From Fistulifera solaris (Eukaryota): a stretch of 64,000 nt of DNA. A program made the position numbers and the translations under genes. Positions 48,075-61,185 of this stretch are shown here, one piece after another (the first letter of the stretch is position 1; each line of letters begins with the position of its first letter). Under the pieces are notes generated by a model. That model was not told the origin of the DNA. It searched no databases and was given only the letters and a program-made list of their open reading frames with translations. The stretch spans positions 62,001 through 126,000 of the forward strand of contig AP026138.1 of assembly GCA_030295235.1 (NCBI GenBank), written 5' to 3'.

Positions 48075-49548
48075 TTATGAACTAGTTTCAAAACAAAGCA
48101 TTAACATGATTTCAAAGCAAATGAGCCGATCACCGGAATGATTTCGTAAACCCTTCGAGCCCCGAAAGAAGCGATTAAAAGAATCTAGCTTATTGATGGC
48201 TGATCCGTCTGTATAGTTGAATCTATTCAGACTCCTGACTTTGGTTTTTCTGTTCTTGGAGAGTAGGTGTTGAAGGTGGCAGTGATAGGGCCCAAACGCT
48301 TTGTCTTTCACTGATAGCTTCAATTCGCAAAGTTCTTTGTGGTCTACTAAACCTTTCAAGATGGTGTCCACGTGCGAATCCCATTGCAAATCACTGCCAC
48401 AAGCATACAGATCAAGAATTTGTAGATTGCAGGTCGCTTGAGCAGCACAGATCAATGCTTTTACGACAGAATTGGGTATTTCCACATCCTTGATGTTTTG
48501 GAAACGGGAAACTGACGTTGAGGCCCATCGTAGCAATGCGCCGGAAGAACGAAAGCACGGTGTTCCGCACTTTCGGGTAATTTAAAGCCGCCGTTACGCA
48601 ACTGAAACCGAATTTTAAATTCGACGAAATGACCCAAAGCCGCCAGGCGCCGGAAAAAAGGAAGAACAACGTCCGTTGGAGATTCATTCGTTCCTTTCAT
48701 GGTTGCTGATGACGATACACAATTCACGAGCTGGAATGTGCAATGCCTCCAAACGAGCGTTCCGTAAAGACGTGGCTTCCATATCACAGCGACGTCGCCG
48801 CACCTTTGCCGAAAGCCAATGGAGGGCAAGCTCGTTGTGGACGCACGGGAAACTCAATGCATCAATTTGATTTTTAAGTTGTAAGAAGCGTTCCAGATTT
48901 GCCTTCGGAATGTAATGAACCAAATGATGAGGTACGCATTTCAAGCGCTTCATCAAACGCCGTTCCTCTTTCATTTCGAGTTGACAATACTGAAACCGTA
49001 ACGTTGTCTGTTGTGATCCCTCTGCTATTGCCGTACTTTGTTGCGCACTTAGTTGGATTTTGTGAAGCTTTAAAGGGACGTGACGGTGCTACCTGCAACA
49101 TGTGCTCGAAACACGAAGCTCCACCGCCTTTAAAGTTGGAATACAACCTCTAGCTTTGAATAAGAACATAGGAGCTTTTATCGGTAGGTTTCTCCAGGCT
49201 AATGAAAAAGGCCGCCGTTTCTGTAATGGCACTCTCCGATGGCCCATAAATCCTAAATGCGGTACCCCCGCCCTCGTATTGCACAAGGAGTGAACTTTTT
49301 TGACAAGGCGAACTGCTGTTGCTGAGCCAGTGGGGAAACAGGTACGTGAGAGTACCATTCTCTCGCCATATCGCCAAACAATCCTTCTAGCGTCCCAATT
49401 CCTCGAAACTATGCGGGTTTTGAAGTAACTTGTACCTAGGAGCTGCTCCAGTATCGTACCAATGCCCCACTTGCCCGGGGTTCAAAACAGTGGGTGGCAT
49501 CACATCGAAAAGCGGCGTCGAGGAGAAGTCCTGATTCTGTTCATTCAT
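48075..49548 (-). pseudogene. Degenerate copy of the RNI/LRR-like family
   Basis: Homologous to the two neighbouring copies (AIWRENGTLTY, MLQVAPSRP, SFNRFFRGS). Has an in-frame TAG near 49388, where the paralogues encode Tyr, plus multiple frameshifts and deletions. Confidence 0.75.
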
Positions 49549-50162
49549 CTCCATCGGATGAGATAGAGTGAACTATTGCGAATGTAGATTGCTTCTAAAG
49601 GGATACCGTGGGTTTGTATAATGCAGGCAAGGGTGTGAAAGAAGATATTAAGAATGTTATAGAACGCAAGCTTTTCTTTACATTGTATAGCAATCGCAGC
49701 GCCAGTATGGTGAAAACAAAGGTGAAAAACCAAAACTTTTTCGGGACTGAAAACGGCGGTCTTGGCAAAATAACGACCTATAGTCCCCTCCGTCATATTT
49801 TTCTGGGTTACAGCAAATAGGCAATCAAATGTTAGCAGAGGCTATACAGAAGCTCTTTAAATCGATGGTGCACATCGAACTAAGCAAGAATACGAAAATG
49901 ATAGAACTTGGTAAAAATCAGGATTAGAAGCTAGCATTTAAAAAAACAAGATCACTCCGATGTACTTGGACTTCTACCGACAGGCTCTGCAGGTCGCGTG
50001 GAGATGTAAAACGCTTTCTTTTCATCGTTAAGGTGAAAGCATAGAGATAAGCTGCACTTTCGTGAAAACAATGCTATCCCGAGACTCAAAGTCGCCTTCG
50101 TTTTCGCGTCGAAGTGGTTTCCTCAGTAGTTTCCCTAGAAGAAGTTTTACCACTCAGTCCAT

Positions 50163-51605
50163 TCAAGCCGGCAATTTGAACCAAGTCAAACAACGCATCG
50201 GTATGATTGGATAGCAAAGAGCCGTGCGCCGAAAACTATTTGAGGCGCGTCTGACCAAGGTGGTGGCTACCAGTGGCGATCGTTTCGATAATGGCGTAAC
50301 CTCTAGATCCGCGGAGCCACGATAGAACTTATTCAGCGAATATAGCTCATCAATCGAACTTCCATCCGTATAAAAGCGTTTCAGTTCATCCATCACCACG
50401 ATCTGTCTGTTCTTGGATAACAATTTCCGAAGATGACAAAAATTGCGACCAAATGCGTCATCGCGAACCTCCAAGATTAAGTTACGAAGAGCTTTGTGGT
50501 TTTGGAGGCCCCTGCAAAGTGTCTTTACGTGTGGATCCCATTCCAGATCTTCGCCTTGAGTACATAGATCGAGAACCTGCAGCTTGTCGTTTGCATGTGC
50601 GGTGCAAATCAGCTCTTGTATTACAGAATCCGGTATAGCAAAGTCGTTGTCAACAAACAGAAACCGAACCTTGAGCTCAATAAAGTGACCCATATGAGCC
50701 AAACGGCGGAAAAACGAAAGCATGATATCCGTCGGAAAAGCGTCTCTGTCGAAATCTTCGATGCGGATAAAGAGTTGACGTGCCGGTATGTGCAATGACT
50801 CCAGATCAGCTTGTGACAGTGATGAAGCCAGAAGTTCATATTCAAGTCGACGCACGTTCGCCGAAAAGGGAAGAAGTGCAAATTCATCATCCAATAAAAG
50901 AGGCAAACTTAACTCGTCTATCACACCATTGAGTGCTAGAAGACGTTGCAAGTTTCGATAGTCTAGTGGCAGACTCTCTTCAAATTTCAATAATGCCAGA
51001 GAGGACGAGTAGCTCTCGAGTGCATCTAAAAAGGCAGTGCCAGAATCTTCCAGCTCGCAGTCGTTAAAGACAAGCCGCACCGGATGAGGTCTGGTTGCCA
51101 GTATGGTAGATTGCTGTGTACTTAGGTCAATGTTGAAGAACTCCACTGGACGTGACGGCGCTACCTGGAACATGTGCTCCAGACAGCGCGTGCCAGCTCC
51201 ACTAAAGTCGAAGGCGCGAGTGCTTTCAATACGAAGACAGTTGCTTTCGTCCGTCGGCTTCTCTAAGCACATGAAATAATCAGCGGTTTGATTGATTGCC
51301 AGATTTGATGAGCCACAAATATGCAACGTGGGTCCTCCGCCGCGATACTTCAAAGTCAAAGCATTTTCACGAGGATAATCGTCGCGACCGTGTGGCGTCA
51401 AATACGTGAGAGTGCCGTTCTCGCTCCATATCGCCATGCAGTACTTGTAGCTATTTAACTCTTCCAGACTATTCGGTTTCCGCAACAATTTGTAGGTGGG
51501 AGATTCCCCCGCGCGTTGCCAGCGAGCGACTTGCTCGGGACGGCAGAGGAAGGGCGGAATCACTTCAAAGAGAGCAACCGAGGAGGAGTCATCCTTTTCC
51601 GACAT
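50163..51605 (-). CDS. RNI/LRR-like lineage-expanded family protein
   Basis: 480 aa ORF with ARWQRAGESPTYKLLR, AIWSENGTLTY, LQVLDL and LYSLNKFYRGS, shared with neighbours. The 3' end is probably frameshifted. Confidence 0.75.
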   Translation of the reverse strand: MSEKDDSSSVALFEVIPPFLCRPEQVARWQRAGESPTYKLLRKPNSLEELNSYKYCMAIWSENGTLTYLTPHGRDDYPRENALTLKYRGGGPTLHICGSSNLAINQTADYFMCLEKPTDESNCLRIESTRAFDFSGAGTRCLEHMFQVAPSRPVEFFNIDLSTQQSTILATRPHPVRLVFNDCELEDSGTAFLDALESYSSSLALLKFEESLPLDYRNLQRLLALNGVIDELSLPLLLDDEFALLPFSANVRRLEYELLASSLSQADLESLHIPARQLFIRIEDFDRDAFPTDIMLSFFRRLAHMGHFIELKVRFLFVDNDFAIPDSVIQELICTAHANDKLQVLDLCTQGEDLEWDPHVKTLCRGLQNHKALRNLILEVRDDAFGRNFCHLRKLLSKNRQIVVMDELKRFYTDGSSIDELYSLNKFYRGSADLEVTPLSKRSPLVATTLVRRASNSFRRTALCYPIIPMRCLTWFKLPA

Positions 51606-51990
51606 TTGATATGAGAAGAGTGATAGACGCCGCTATGCAGATTTCAGTTGCTAGTGATTGCAGGAAAAGAAGCTTTGATAAAAAATGGTGAATACGATAG
51701 TAGTGATGATTGATGATTCACTCGTCTTTTGTTGTCATTGTCATTGTCTCCTTTCATCGTCATAATCGTCCGCGCCGCATGCATTCTCTAAAACGTGTAC
51801 TTCTTCTGTTGAATCTTTACTATACCGCAAATAAAAGAAGGGATGCGCCGATGGCCAGTCGGGTTGGCAGCAGCGACATGCGACATACTCCGTAGTACCT
51901 AGTATAATTTGAAAAAAAGCATTTTCTATCCCATTACCTGGTATGAAGTCAAGTATGAGCTAATCGGCATAAAAGACGCCAGCGCAATCA

Positions 51991-53562
51991 CTAAGATCTG
52001 CAGCGTTTTCGATTTCGTTCTAAATTGGCGTCCTGAGTTCGGTGCAAGGAATCGCCACCGTCATAAAGTTCATCCTCCTGTGCAAACTGGATCAAGTCAT
52101 ACAAAACATCGGTGTGATTCGAGCACAAGAGTGCATATCGCTGAAACTTGTTTCGGGCGCACTCCACCATGGCTGCTGCTCCTACCGCCAATCGATAGGA
52201 AAAGGGTTTCGCTGCTAGACTTTCCGAGCCGCGATAAAAGCGGTTAAGCGAGTAGAGCTCATGAATCGATGATCCGTCGGAATAAATAACACCTTTTTCA
52301 TTCGTCACTTTGATCTTCCGATTGCGCGATAGCAAACGTCGAAGATAGCAGAAATCGAGACCGAAGGCGTCGTTACCAACCTCTAATTTCAACGTCAAAA
52401 GCTCAGTGTGATCTTTCAGACCGTCCAACAGTGTTTCAACGTGCTGATCCCACCACGGTTTCTCACGTAAGTTACCTAAATCAAGAACCTGTAGATTGCT
52501 ATTTGCGAGTGCAGTGCGAATCAATTCTCCAGCGACACTAATGGGAATTCTCTTATTCGCGAGTGCAGTACGAAACAGATCCTCATCATGAAGTCTCATG
52601 CGATAATCGTTGAAAGCAAAACTAAGTTTCAGCTCGACGAAATGACCCAGTTGAGCTAGGCGCTGTAATAGACAAAGCACCGGCTCAGTCGGGAACGGTT
52701 CCCGTACACCGTCGTGTAGAGTGAGACTGAGCTTTTCTGCATTTATATGCAAAGCCCCCCAATCGATATCTGAGAGCAAAGGCGTCCAAATTTCACAATG
52801 AAGCCGTATCACTTTTGCGGCAAAGGTGCAAAGCATAATGTCTTTTTCCGCTTCAGTTTCAGTTTCAGCTTCATCCGCTTCATAATGCAAATCAGGTAAA
52901 GCAAGTTCTTCGATTTTGTGTTCAAGCTTGATGAGGCGCTTCAAATTTAAGAAATCGAACGGATCACATTCTTTAAATGCAAGGGAACCGATGGGCGACT
53001 TTCGTTTCTCGAGTGCTGTCACAAATGCTGTGCCCTGGTCTTCGAAGATGCAGAGATTGAATGTCAGATGTACCGGATAAAGGCTTGTAGCCATCGCTTG
53101 TGTCTGTGCTACGCTCAGCTTCACGTCATGAAATTCAATCGGACGTGAGGGTGAGGCCACCAACATCCGAGTTAAACATCGCTCTCCCGCGGAATAGAAT
53201 TCGAAAAATTCATGACATCCTTTGATGACAAGACGAGAGCTCTGGTCTGTTGACTTCTCTAAGCTCATGAAATAGGCAGCCGTTTGTGCTACTGCTTCGG
53301 CGGTGTCACCAAAAATAGCCAGCGTGGGACCTCCATCTTGGTAGCTCAATGTAAAAGTACAATCATCCTCGTCGGGAAAGTCATCGCTGCCGTGCGCCAT
53401 CCAATACGTAAGAGTACCATTATCCCGCCATATTGCCATGAAACTCATGTAGCTGCTCAATTCTGCTAAACAATGAGGCGTGCGTAGAAGCTTGTATGTC
53501 GGTGTTTCCCCTGCTCGTTCCCATCGAGCCGTTTTTCTTGGGTTTACAACGAAGAGCGCCAT
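51991..53562 (-). CDS. RNI/LRR-like lineage-expanded family protein
   Basis: 523 aa ORF with ARWERAGETPTYKLLR, AIWRDNGTLTY, LQVLDLGNL and LYSLNRFYRGS. Confidence 0.8.
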   Translation of the reverse strand: MALFVVNPRKTARWERAGETPTYKLLRTPHCLAELSSYMSFMAIWRDNGTLTYWMAHGSDDFPDEDDCTFTLSYQDGGPTLAIFGDTAEAVAQTAAYFMSLEKSTDQSSRLVIKGCHEFFEFYSAGERCLTRMLVASPSRPIEFHDVKLSVAQTQAMATSLYPVHLTFNLCIFEDQGTAFVTALEKRKSPIGSLAFKECDPFDFLNLKRLIKLEHKIEELALPDLHYEADEAETETEAEKDIMLCTFAAKVIRLHCEIWTPLLSDIDWGALHINAEKLSLTLHDGVREPFPTEPVLCLLQRLAQLGHFVELKLSFAFNDYRMRLHDEDLFRTALANKRIPISVAGELIRTALANSNLQVLDLGNLREKPWWDQHVETLLDGLKDHTELLTLKLEVGNDAFGLDFCYLRRLLSRNRKIKVTNEKGVIYSDGSSIHELYSLNRFYRGSESLAAKPFSYRLAVGAAAMVECARNKFQRYALLCSNHTDVLYDLIQFAQEDELYDGGDSLHRTQDANLERNRKRCRS

Positions 53563-54060
53563 TTTGAGGCAGGTATGTCGCTAGCCTTTGATTTTCGATT
53601 GCAATAGAAGATTTTATTTCTATGATAGATCTGGGTGCTTATTAGGACCTCTACACTGAAGAGAAATAGGGCATGATCGATGTTTCTCTAAAATTCTTTC
53701 ATGCAGGCTTGTTAGCACAACGCGCTCATCTTTTTCGGTGCGGGTATAATAAGACACATTTCGTCAGTTCCAGTACCAGTATGGTACGATACTGTATTGT
53801 GCATCATCTTGCCTTTGCTTATCACCATGTTCCTTATTGGAGTTTCGTCCTTGTTGGGGACTGACTTGTCTTGTCCCGAATGAACTTACATCACGATTTT
53901 AATTCACAAACCAGTACCGGTAGGTACCTGACCCTACTACGCGGCATGTGTAGAAATTTATTGACTACAATATTGGCCGAAAACACAAGAAACATTTTAA
54001 GAGCGACGATAGTCGGGCATTATATTCTTCCGTCACGTTTTAAATGGTCTTTATATACTT

Positions 54061-55617
54061 TTACTTCAGCTGCGCGAGCACTTCATCCGCAATGGCAATA
54101 GTCTTTTCAATATCAGCATCCGTATGTGCCATGGACATGAAACCTGCTTCGTACATACTGGGAGCCAAGTAGACTCCTCGCTCCAACATCATACGGTGCC
54201 ATTTGCTGAATTTCTCGCCGTCGGCCTTGTTCTTGGCATCGGCAAAGTTCTTGACCGGGCCTTCGCAAAAGAACCAGCCAAACATACCACCGGCAACTCC
54301 GGCAGTAATGGCGTGACCGTGTTTCTCGGCGGCGGCCGTGATGCCGTCAATCAATTTCTGTGCCTTACGCTCCAATTCCTCGTACACACCCGGCTGTGAC
54401 AACTTGTTCAATGTCTCAATACCGGCACGCATAGCCAATGGGTTACCGGAAAGGGTACCGGCTTGGTACATGGGACCGGCGGGGCGACCCATTCCATAAT
54501 GTCCCGACGTCCACCGTAGGCACCGACCGGAAGACCTCCTCCAATGACCTTCCCCATGGTCGTGACATCGGGAGTGACACCGAAATATTGCTGCGCACCA
54601 CCGTAAGCGACACGGAAACCGGTCATGACTTCATCGAATACCAACAGAGCCCCGTGGGCCTTGGTGATTTCGCGCAAACCTTCCAAGAACGCCTGATCGG
54701 GCTTGATGAAACCCGAGTTACCAACAACGGGCTCGAGAATGACGGCCGCAATTTCGTCCTTGTTTTCTTCGAAAATTTGTTTGACCGACTCCAAGTTGTT
54801 GTATTCGGCGCAGTAGGTCGCTTGGGTCGCCGATTTGGGGACACCGGGAGAGTCGGGCAAGCCCAAGGTGGCGACACCGGAACCGGCCTGTACCAAAAAC
54901 GAATCGGCGTGACCGTGATAGCAACCTTCAAACTTGATGATCTTTTCGCGGCCCGTGTAAGCACGCACCAACCGAATCATTCCCATGCAAGCTTCCGTCC
55001 CCGAGTTGGTGAAACGGACCATTTCGACGGACGGTACAGCGGCAATGACTTTTTGGCCAATTCGTTTTCCAGAGGACACGGAGCACCAAAGGAAGTTCCC
55101 TTCTGCATCGTTTCCGTAATGGCCTTTAAGACATCATCGTCGGCGTGTCCCAAAATGGCCGGTCCCCACGTACCGACGTAATCAATGTATTGATTGCCAT
55201 CCACGTCGTAGGCGTACGCACCCTTGACGCGGTCAAAGACGACGGGATTTCCTCCGACGGATTTGAAGGCGCGGACGGGAGACGAGACACCGCCGGGCAT
55301 GAGCTAATGATTGTGTTTGATGAGTTATAGGAAGAAAACGACGGAACGAACAAATGAATGGGTGTAGTTGAATGTTGAAGGAAAAGAAATGAATGAAGCG
55401 GCTCGTGTCAGACCAAACAACGTTCAATACTTTGTAAGCGCATCTTACAAGAGCTTACCTCCTTGGCTTCTTGGAAGATTTCTTCACTTTTCGTGAACGA
55501 GTACGTCTTGGTGGCCGTATCGGCATGCAAGGCCGAGTTTCTTGCGTAGATTTGTTGCGGCGCAAAGGCGGCCGAACATGAGAGAGTTAACGCACAGCAA
55601 GCCGCAGCGAATTTCAT
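54061..55617 (-). CDS. hemL: Glutamate-1-semialdehyde 2,1-aminomutase, plastid-targeted; intron 55304-55458
   Basis: SAAFAP presequence, [47 protein letters not shown] (PLP Lys) and [10 protein letters not shown]. Indels near 55065 and 54490. Confidence 0.96.
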
Positions 55618-56051
55618 TTTTAAATGTTGTTGTTATTGATGAATGAAAGAGGAAGGAAGGAATGCAACGACACGACAACTACGAGATGGCATTCTTTGTC
55701 AATGAATAGCAACGAAAGTTGAACCTTGTCAAGACGCGCCAAATAAGAGTTCCACGGGGTGGTACGTATGTGCAGTGGATCTTCCCAAGTTGAAGTTTGG
55801 TGAATTCCAAATTCCCTCTCGATACACCGTGACTGCAAAAGCAGTCGTGGATGATTCGTGGACGACTCTACACTTTGCGTATAACTTGTACGAAAAACAG
55901 ACCGCGAGACGATAACGAAAGAAAAATAAAACAAAAGTGCAGCCACATTATTTTTTGAGTTTGTTGTCATCAAACTTCAATGAAAGTAATGAACAAAATC
56001 TTCGAAATCGCACACAGAATCCTCATTACCACGTAAAAGTCAGTTATCCGA

Positions 56052-57125
56052 ATGACCGACGAATATTACGAAGGAAAAGAAACGGAATTATTGGAGCAGC
56101 CGCGTTGCACGCACTGTCAGCGGACACCCTCGACCAAGTTGTTGCGATGTACGCGTTGTAAAGTCGCGTGGTACTGCAACCGCACGTGTCAAAAAGAACA
56201 CTACCGACAGATGCATCGCAGTTTGTGTTTGGGGATTGCAGAATTTCAACAATACGTCCAAGAAGAAGAAGAGCGCATTCGTGCTGTGGAAGATGTGTTT
56301 GTGACGAGTACCGGTGATTTGTGGGGCTACGCCGAAACGACAGCGTATATGGAAGCGACGTATGCATTATCGGACTTGTATTGGCAGGCGGCGTATCAAT
56401 GTGAAGTCAAAGAAGTGTGGGAAAAGGCCTTGTATCATTTGCTGGAGCATTTACGGCTCGGGGCGATTGATACGAAAGGAGCCCGAGCTCGGGTGCCGTT
56501 CGTGTTGTTGGCGTTGAATCGTGACGATGAGGCATTGACCTTTATTCAATATTGGGTACAAGTGGATCTGGCCACGGAGGATGATCCGGAAATCATTTTC
56601 CGTGCTCACGAAAATACGAAAGAAGGGGACTGGATCTATGGGCCGGTGGAGAAAGATGGCCGCTATTTGGATATTTTTCAAGTAGTATCCGATGCTGACC
56701 CAAATGAAGTAGAAGTGCCATTTCTGGTAGCACTGGCGATTATGAAACTGCGCATTGTGGCGGCGTACGACACGGCCATCCAATCACTCCGCCTCGCCAT
56801 GACAGGCACGGCGGGACGTGTACACGAGGTGCAATCGGCCATTCAAGATATGCTCATTCGTGGTGATCTACAAAGTCAATGGGAGCAGCTAATTCGGTTG
56901 CTCGATGCGATTGATCATTTGAATCCTTCCATGCTCCCGGCGATTCTCAATCCCAAACCATTATTTCAGCAGCCACCACCGACACAGATCATGCCGGGTC
57001 ACCCTTCGGAAGCCTTTCGGACTCTGATGGATTGTCGACGATGCTTTTATCGCGTACCGGGTGCAGCGGCATTGCTCCGAAATCGTTTGGGTGAGAATCC
57101 GACCTACGATTCCGACATGTCGTGA
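56052..57125 (+). CDS. MYND zinc-finger protein
   Basis: CTHC...LLRCTRCKVAWYCNRTCQKEHYRQMHRSLC at the N-terminus of an intact 357 aa ORF. Confidence 0.88.
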   Translation: MTDEYYEGKETELLEQPRCTHCQRTPSTKLLRCTRCKVAWYCNRTCQKEHYRQMHRSLCLGIAEFQQYVQEEEERIRAVEDVFVTSTGDLWGYAETTAYMEATYALSDLYWQAAYQCEVKEVWEKALYHLLEHLRLGAIDTKGARARVPFVLLALNRDDEALTFIQYWVQVDLATEDDPEIIFRAHENTKEGDWIYGPVEKDGRYLDIFQVVSDADPNEVEVPFLVALAIMKLRIVAAYDTAIQSLRLAMTGTAGRVHEVQSAIQDMLIRGDLQSQWEQLIRLLDAIDHLNPSMLPAILNPKPLFQQPPPTQIMPGHPSEAFRTLMDCRRCFYRVPGAAALLRNRLGENPTYDSDMS

Positions 57126-57375
57126 TTTTCAAGGTTGTGGATTTGTACAAACGTTGCGTGGACCATCGCATCGATCTCGGGGAGGATGCACTTTATCCAA
57201 TCAGAATTGTTTGTCGTAGGGCAACAGTAGACAATTTAGTGGGATCGTTCTGCTGAGAGCGTACAGCTAGCTGCCCATTCATGCTCTTATTTTGTTACAT
57301 AATTTTGAAGTTCGATCACCATTTCAAAAAAAATCATGAAATGTTAAAATGCATTTTTACAGAAACAGGTTGATG

Positions 57376-58886
57376 TTAATTTCCCATCAAGCTCAGTAGG
57401 ACATCTAAATTGCTAGCGAGTAAGAAGGAGACAAATCGAAATTCACGTCGGTGCCAAAGCGCCCGGCCGAACAACGCGTCTCGTTTGAGGATGGATTCGA
57501 CGGATTGCAATTGTAGGACACCAAAGTACCATCGATTGAATTCCAATAAGAGACGCACTTCGGCCTCCCATTGCGATGCTGTAGTGGGGACCAGGGGCCA
57601 ATCGCCCATCGGGAAAACGACATCCATGTCACGCCGGTCTTCCAAAAGTTGTTTCAGCGATAACAGCATCGCGGCGTCGGGTGGTGAATTGCGTACATGC
57701 AATCGTAGCTTCCCAATCGTTCGACTCTTCCGTAAGACAGCCATCAACTCATCCCAATGATCTTTGAAACACAAAATATCGTGTCCGAGTTCCAGTACCT
57801 TCAATTGCTGATTGTTTTCAAGGGCAGATAACAATGCCTGGACTTGTTCCGTCGTAGGTGTTCCATAAAAATGAATGCCCAACTTGTTCAAGCCATGACT
57901 GGCGTCCAGTAGTGGATGATAATGAATCGAACTCCGTATCGGATCGAATCCCAACACAAACGCCTTGGGACGTATTATAAACACATTCTCGGTCGAATCG
58001 CCGTAGTCTTCTTCCACGATACAGTTTGTCATTTCCACATGATTCGCCCGGGCCCGAAAGGGCAGCCACGCATTGCGCAACGCCAAATTCACCAAACACA
58101 ATTTCGACAAAGGAGCACGGAGCACCAGCTGTGTGAATACTTCCTCACTAAAAGGATGTACGGATTCGAGTGTCAAGGAACCAAAGGGTGTCGTGCGTTG
58201 TTGCATACATTCGAAAAAGTGGAACCACCGCCCGCCAACCAACAATGCGCCAAAACAATGTTGACGGCATGTTCTTGAGTCGCCAGTACCGCCGAATGCT
58301 CTTGCGAGAAATCAATGCCACCGAATCGAACTTGTCGGAATGGATGGTGGGACAACAAGGCCGATAGCAAATCAGAAAAATGGAATTCGAAGGAAAATAC
58401 CGAATTGCTGTACGCTACCATCGATACAATGTGTTTTTGATGATCCGGTAACGAAAACAACCACGATGTGGTTTCTGCGACCGCCTCATGACACGTCCCC
58501 CAGACTTCGATTGGTGCTTCGTGACGATGATCATTGTCGAGCCAAATGAAGCGAAACACCAATTGGGAGGAAAATTGCGATTGCAACCATGTTCTTTGTT
58601 CCGGATCGTAGGTCGTATTGCCCTTGAGAAACAAGGATCGATCATCGATGCCAAAGACGTGCATTCCTGTTGACAACTGTGCGATGAGTGCCGTCAAAGA
58701 CGAAGGTGTTCGGAAACAGCGATACAAGTCCCAATGTTTTGTGGAAAATGAATGACATGCTACTTTTTGCAGGACGATCGAAGAAGACGACACGTCTTCT
58801 TCTGCGGCCTGCATCCATTCTGCGCTGCACTCAATACCGCAAAGATGGCTTCTTCTCCGGGACAAGCCGCGGCGGTTTGACGACAT
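57376..58886 (-). CDS. Divergent RNI/LRR-like family protein; frameshift near 58235
   Basis: EAVAETTSWLFSL, SAVLATQEHAV, LENNQQLKVLELG and EFNRWYFG parallel the motifs of the copies at 50-53.5 kb. Confidence 0.65.
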
Positions 58887-59921
58887 ACTTGTAACAGTTG
58901 CTGTGTCCGCGAATCAGCGTCGCCCGTGAGCGTTTCCTCACACGTAATTTCCAACAATTCTCGTTCCGGATATCCCTTTGATAGCGAAATAAATAATATT
59001 CGAGTCAATTGCTGCGTTTTAATTCGAAAATGAACGCAAGGAACCTCCCCCGCGTACACCAGGCTTCTTTGGGATCGTACGCCGCTTCAACAAAGTCGAG
59101 TTCGGCGTGACGGCGTTCCTCATTCGAGTCGTCCATTTAGCTGCACTTTCATTCAACAAACATGATCTATAGCAGATACCTCCTCATAGGCTCTCTCTAG
59201 TAAGTTAGAAGAATAAATAATCACAATGATAACATTATGCTTTCATTCATTCCATCATTTACAAAAAGAAGTAAGTCGGGTTCATTTTTTTTGTGTTGTG
59301 CGCTGGCCGTTGCGGATTCTCGGGTCGACTACCACTCCGACACGACTCATTCATGCTTCCGCTTTCCTCAGTCCGTGATTGGATTTAACGCATTCCCATC
59401 AACATGGTGCCAAAATTACATACGCCCTACTGGCACAAACACGAAGTTCGTAGTCCATAATCCAGTACCAAACTAACTTCGTTCCTACTGGTTAGTCCTG
59501 ACTGTGTCCGATCTTACGATCACATCTTTACTGAATTACTGAATTTCACCAGTCTTTGCTTCAAGGCAGGGATAAGTCGCTTATAAATACGACGGTCTTG
59601 GTCTCAAACAATTGTACTACGGTTGAGAACCGTTTGTTCCTATGACAGTCATTACGATCACGTTTGGTCGTGACTTTGATACTCAAAAGTAGTAGGGGCC
59701 ATTTTCGTTCGGAACAAATCACAACCAGTCTATTCGTGGCTGCATGCAGGCAATGCCGCCGCTTTCCCGCCGCAAAGGATTCCCCTACGCAACGATACGC
59801 GGGCGACGAGATGGCGACAAAAACACGTCCTCTTCTCAACATCATCATCAACAACAAAGCTTCTTGTGAATAACAACAACAATCTATTCCGCTATTAATA
59901 ATAACAACAACACAACACACC

Positions 59922-60605
59922 ATGCCACCAAGATCTTTATCCGATCGGAGTCCAGTTTGTGTCACGCACTTTGATGAAACCTTTCTGGAATCCTCTTCCC
60001 AATCGTCGTCATTCGACGTCAAAGGAAGCAATAACAAAAAGGCGTACAAGTCCCTCGCGTTTGCCCAAGAAAACGAAGTATTCGAAATTCCCCACATCAA
60101 TGACTTTACCGACGAAGATGTCGCCGCGACGTGGTACGATGCGGAAGAGTACGCCGAAATTAAAGCGGACTATCAATGTGTCATTTTCATGATGGAAAGT
60201 GGGGAACGAATAGACGATGATGAAGAACACACGACACGGGGATTGGAGTATCGGACACAACAGGGGGCGTGGAGTCGGTACGAGAACAAGCGGGATGCGT
60301 ACAATGCGGTGTTGGATGAACAGGATCGACATTGGAAGAAGGATATCGATGATCCCGAGGCGTTGCGACGTGTGTATGTGGAGCAAGTCGCCAAGTGTCA
60401 GAGAGCGGCCGAACAGCGAGCGGCACAAGATGAAGTGGATATGCGCGAAATATTGAGAGCGGATGCCTTTCGTGAAGAGCAACAGGTGCGGAGAAAAGCG
60501 TCGAAAATCAAACCCAAGTTGGTCAAGATGAAGGATGGATCCGATAGTAGTAGTGCGGTGCGCAAATCGTCACTTTCCAAAAAGTCAAAACGAGATAGCG
60601 TATGA
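59922..60605 (+). CDS. Hypothetical protein of a diatom-type family
   Basis: 227 aa ORF with F..EIPHIND...TWYDAEEY, TRGLE and AVLDEQ.R motifs, recalled from uncharacterised diatom proteins. Confidence 0.7.
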   Translation: MPPRSLSDRSPVCVTHFDETFLESSSQSSSFDVKGSNNKKAYKSLAFAQENEVFEIPHINDFTDEDVAATWYDAEEYAEIKADYQCVIFMMESGERIDDDEEHTTRGLEYRTQQGAWSRYENKRDAYNAVLDEQDRHWKKDIDDPEALRRVYVEQVAKCQRAAEQRAAQDEVDMREILRADAFREEQQVRRKASKIKPKLVKMKDGSDSSSAVRKSSLSKKSKRDSV

Positions 60606-61185
60606 TCACTATTTATTTTGCAAAACAAAAAAGATTCACAAAACATCCGTCAGGAACAAAACTACCATTCATAACGATACAATATTATGATTTCAATAAT
60701 ATTCTTTTGACACGCTATAGCCAAGAACTAGCTATAGTTAACTCTGCGTTGCGTTCATGATGAAGCGCCTATCATTCCCAACCATGAGGTGCATAGTCTC
60801 TTGCTGCTCGTTCTCTCTAGAGAGTCATCGCTCATCGCTACCCATGTTGTCATTGTCCTTGATCATCAACGTTGGCTAGCTAGAGAGGGAGGTCGTCAAC
60901 AGGCCTTTTCCTGGGTCCGCGATCCGGAGGAATCATAACATCGAATGCAACCGGTACTAAAAGAATTCTTCCGCCCGTTAGCGTACTAAGACAGACGGTA
61001 CTTACGTCGTACGTTGTCATTATTATGCTGAACCTTACTCTAGAAAGCAAAAATGGATGGAGCGGCTCCAAACTCCAAACGCGCGACGAACTTCCAACAC
61101 AACAAAACAGCCAGCAAGCATCCTAGCATTGCAACAAGAAAAGTGATTGAGCTATTCAAAATTCAACAAACTGAACTACTAAAAA

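Noticed and set aside
28403..55617. Frameshifts in LUC7, MYB, PTH2, the aspartic protease, CDC73 and hemL as pseudogenisation or programmed frameshifting
   Set aside because: Single-base shifts, often at short homopolymers, hit many essential genes whose proteins are otherwise conserved. Sequencing or assembly indel error is the simplest explanation.
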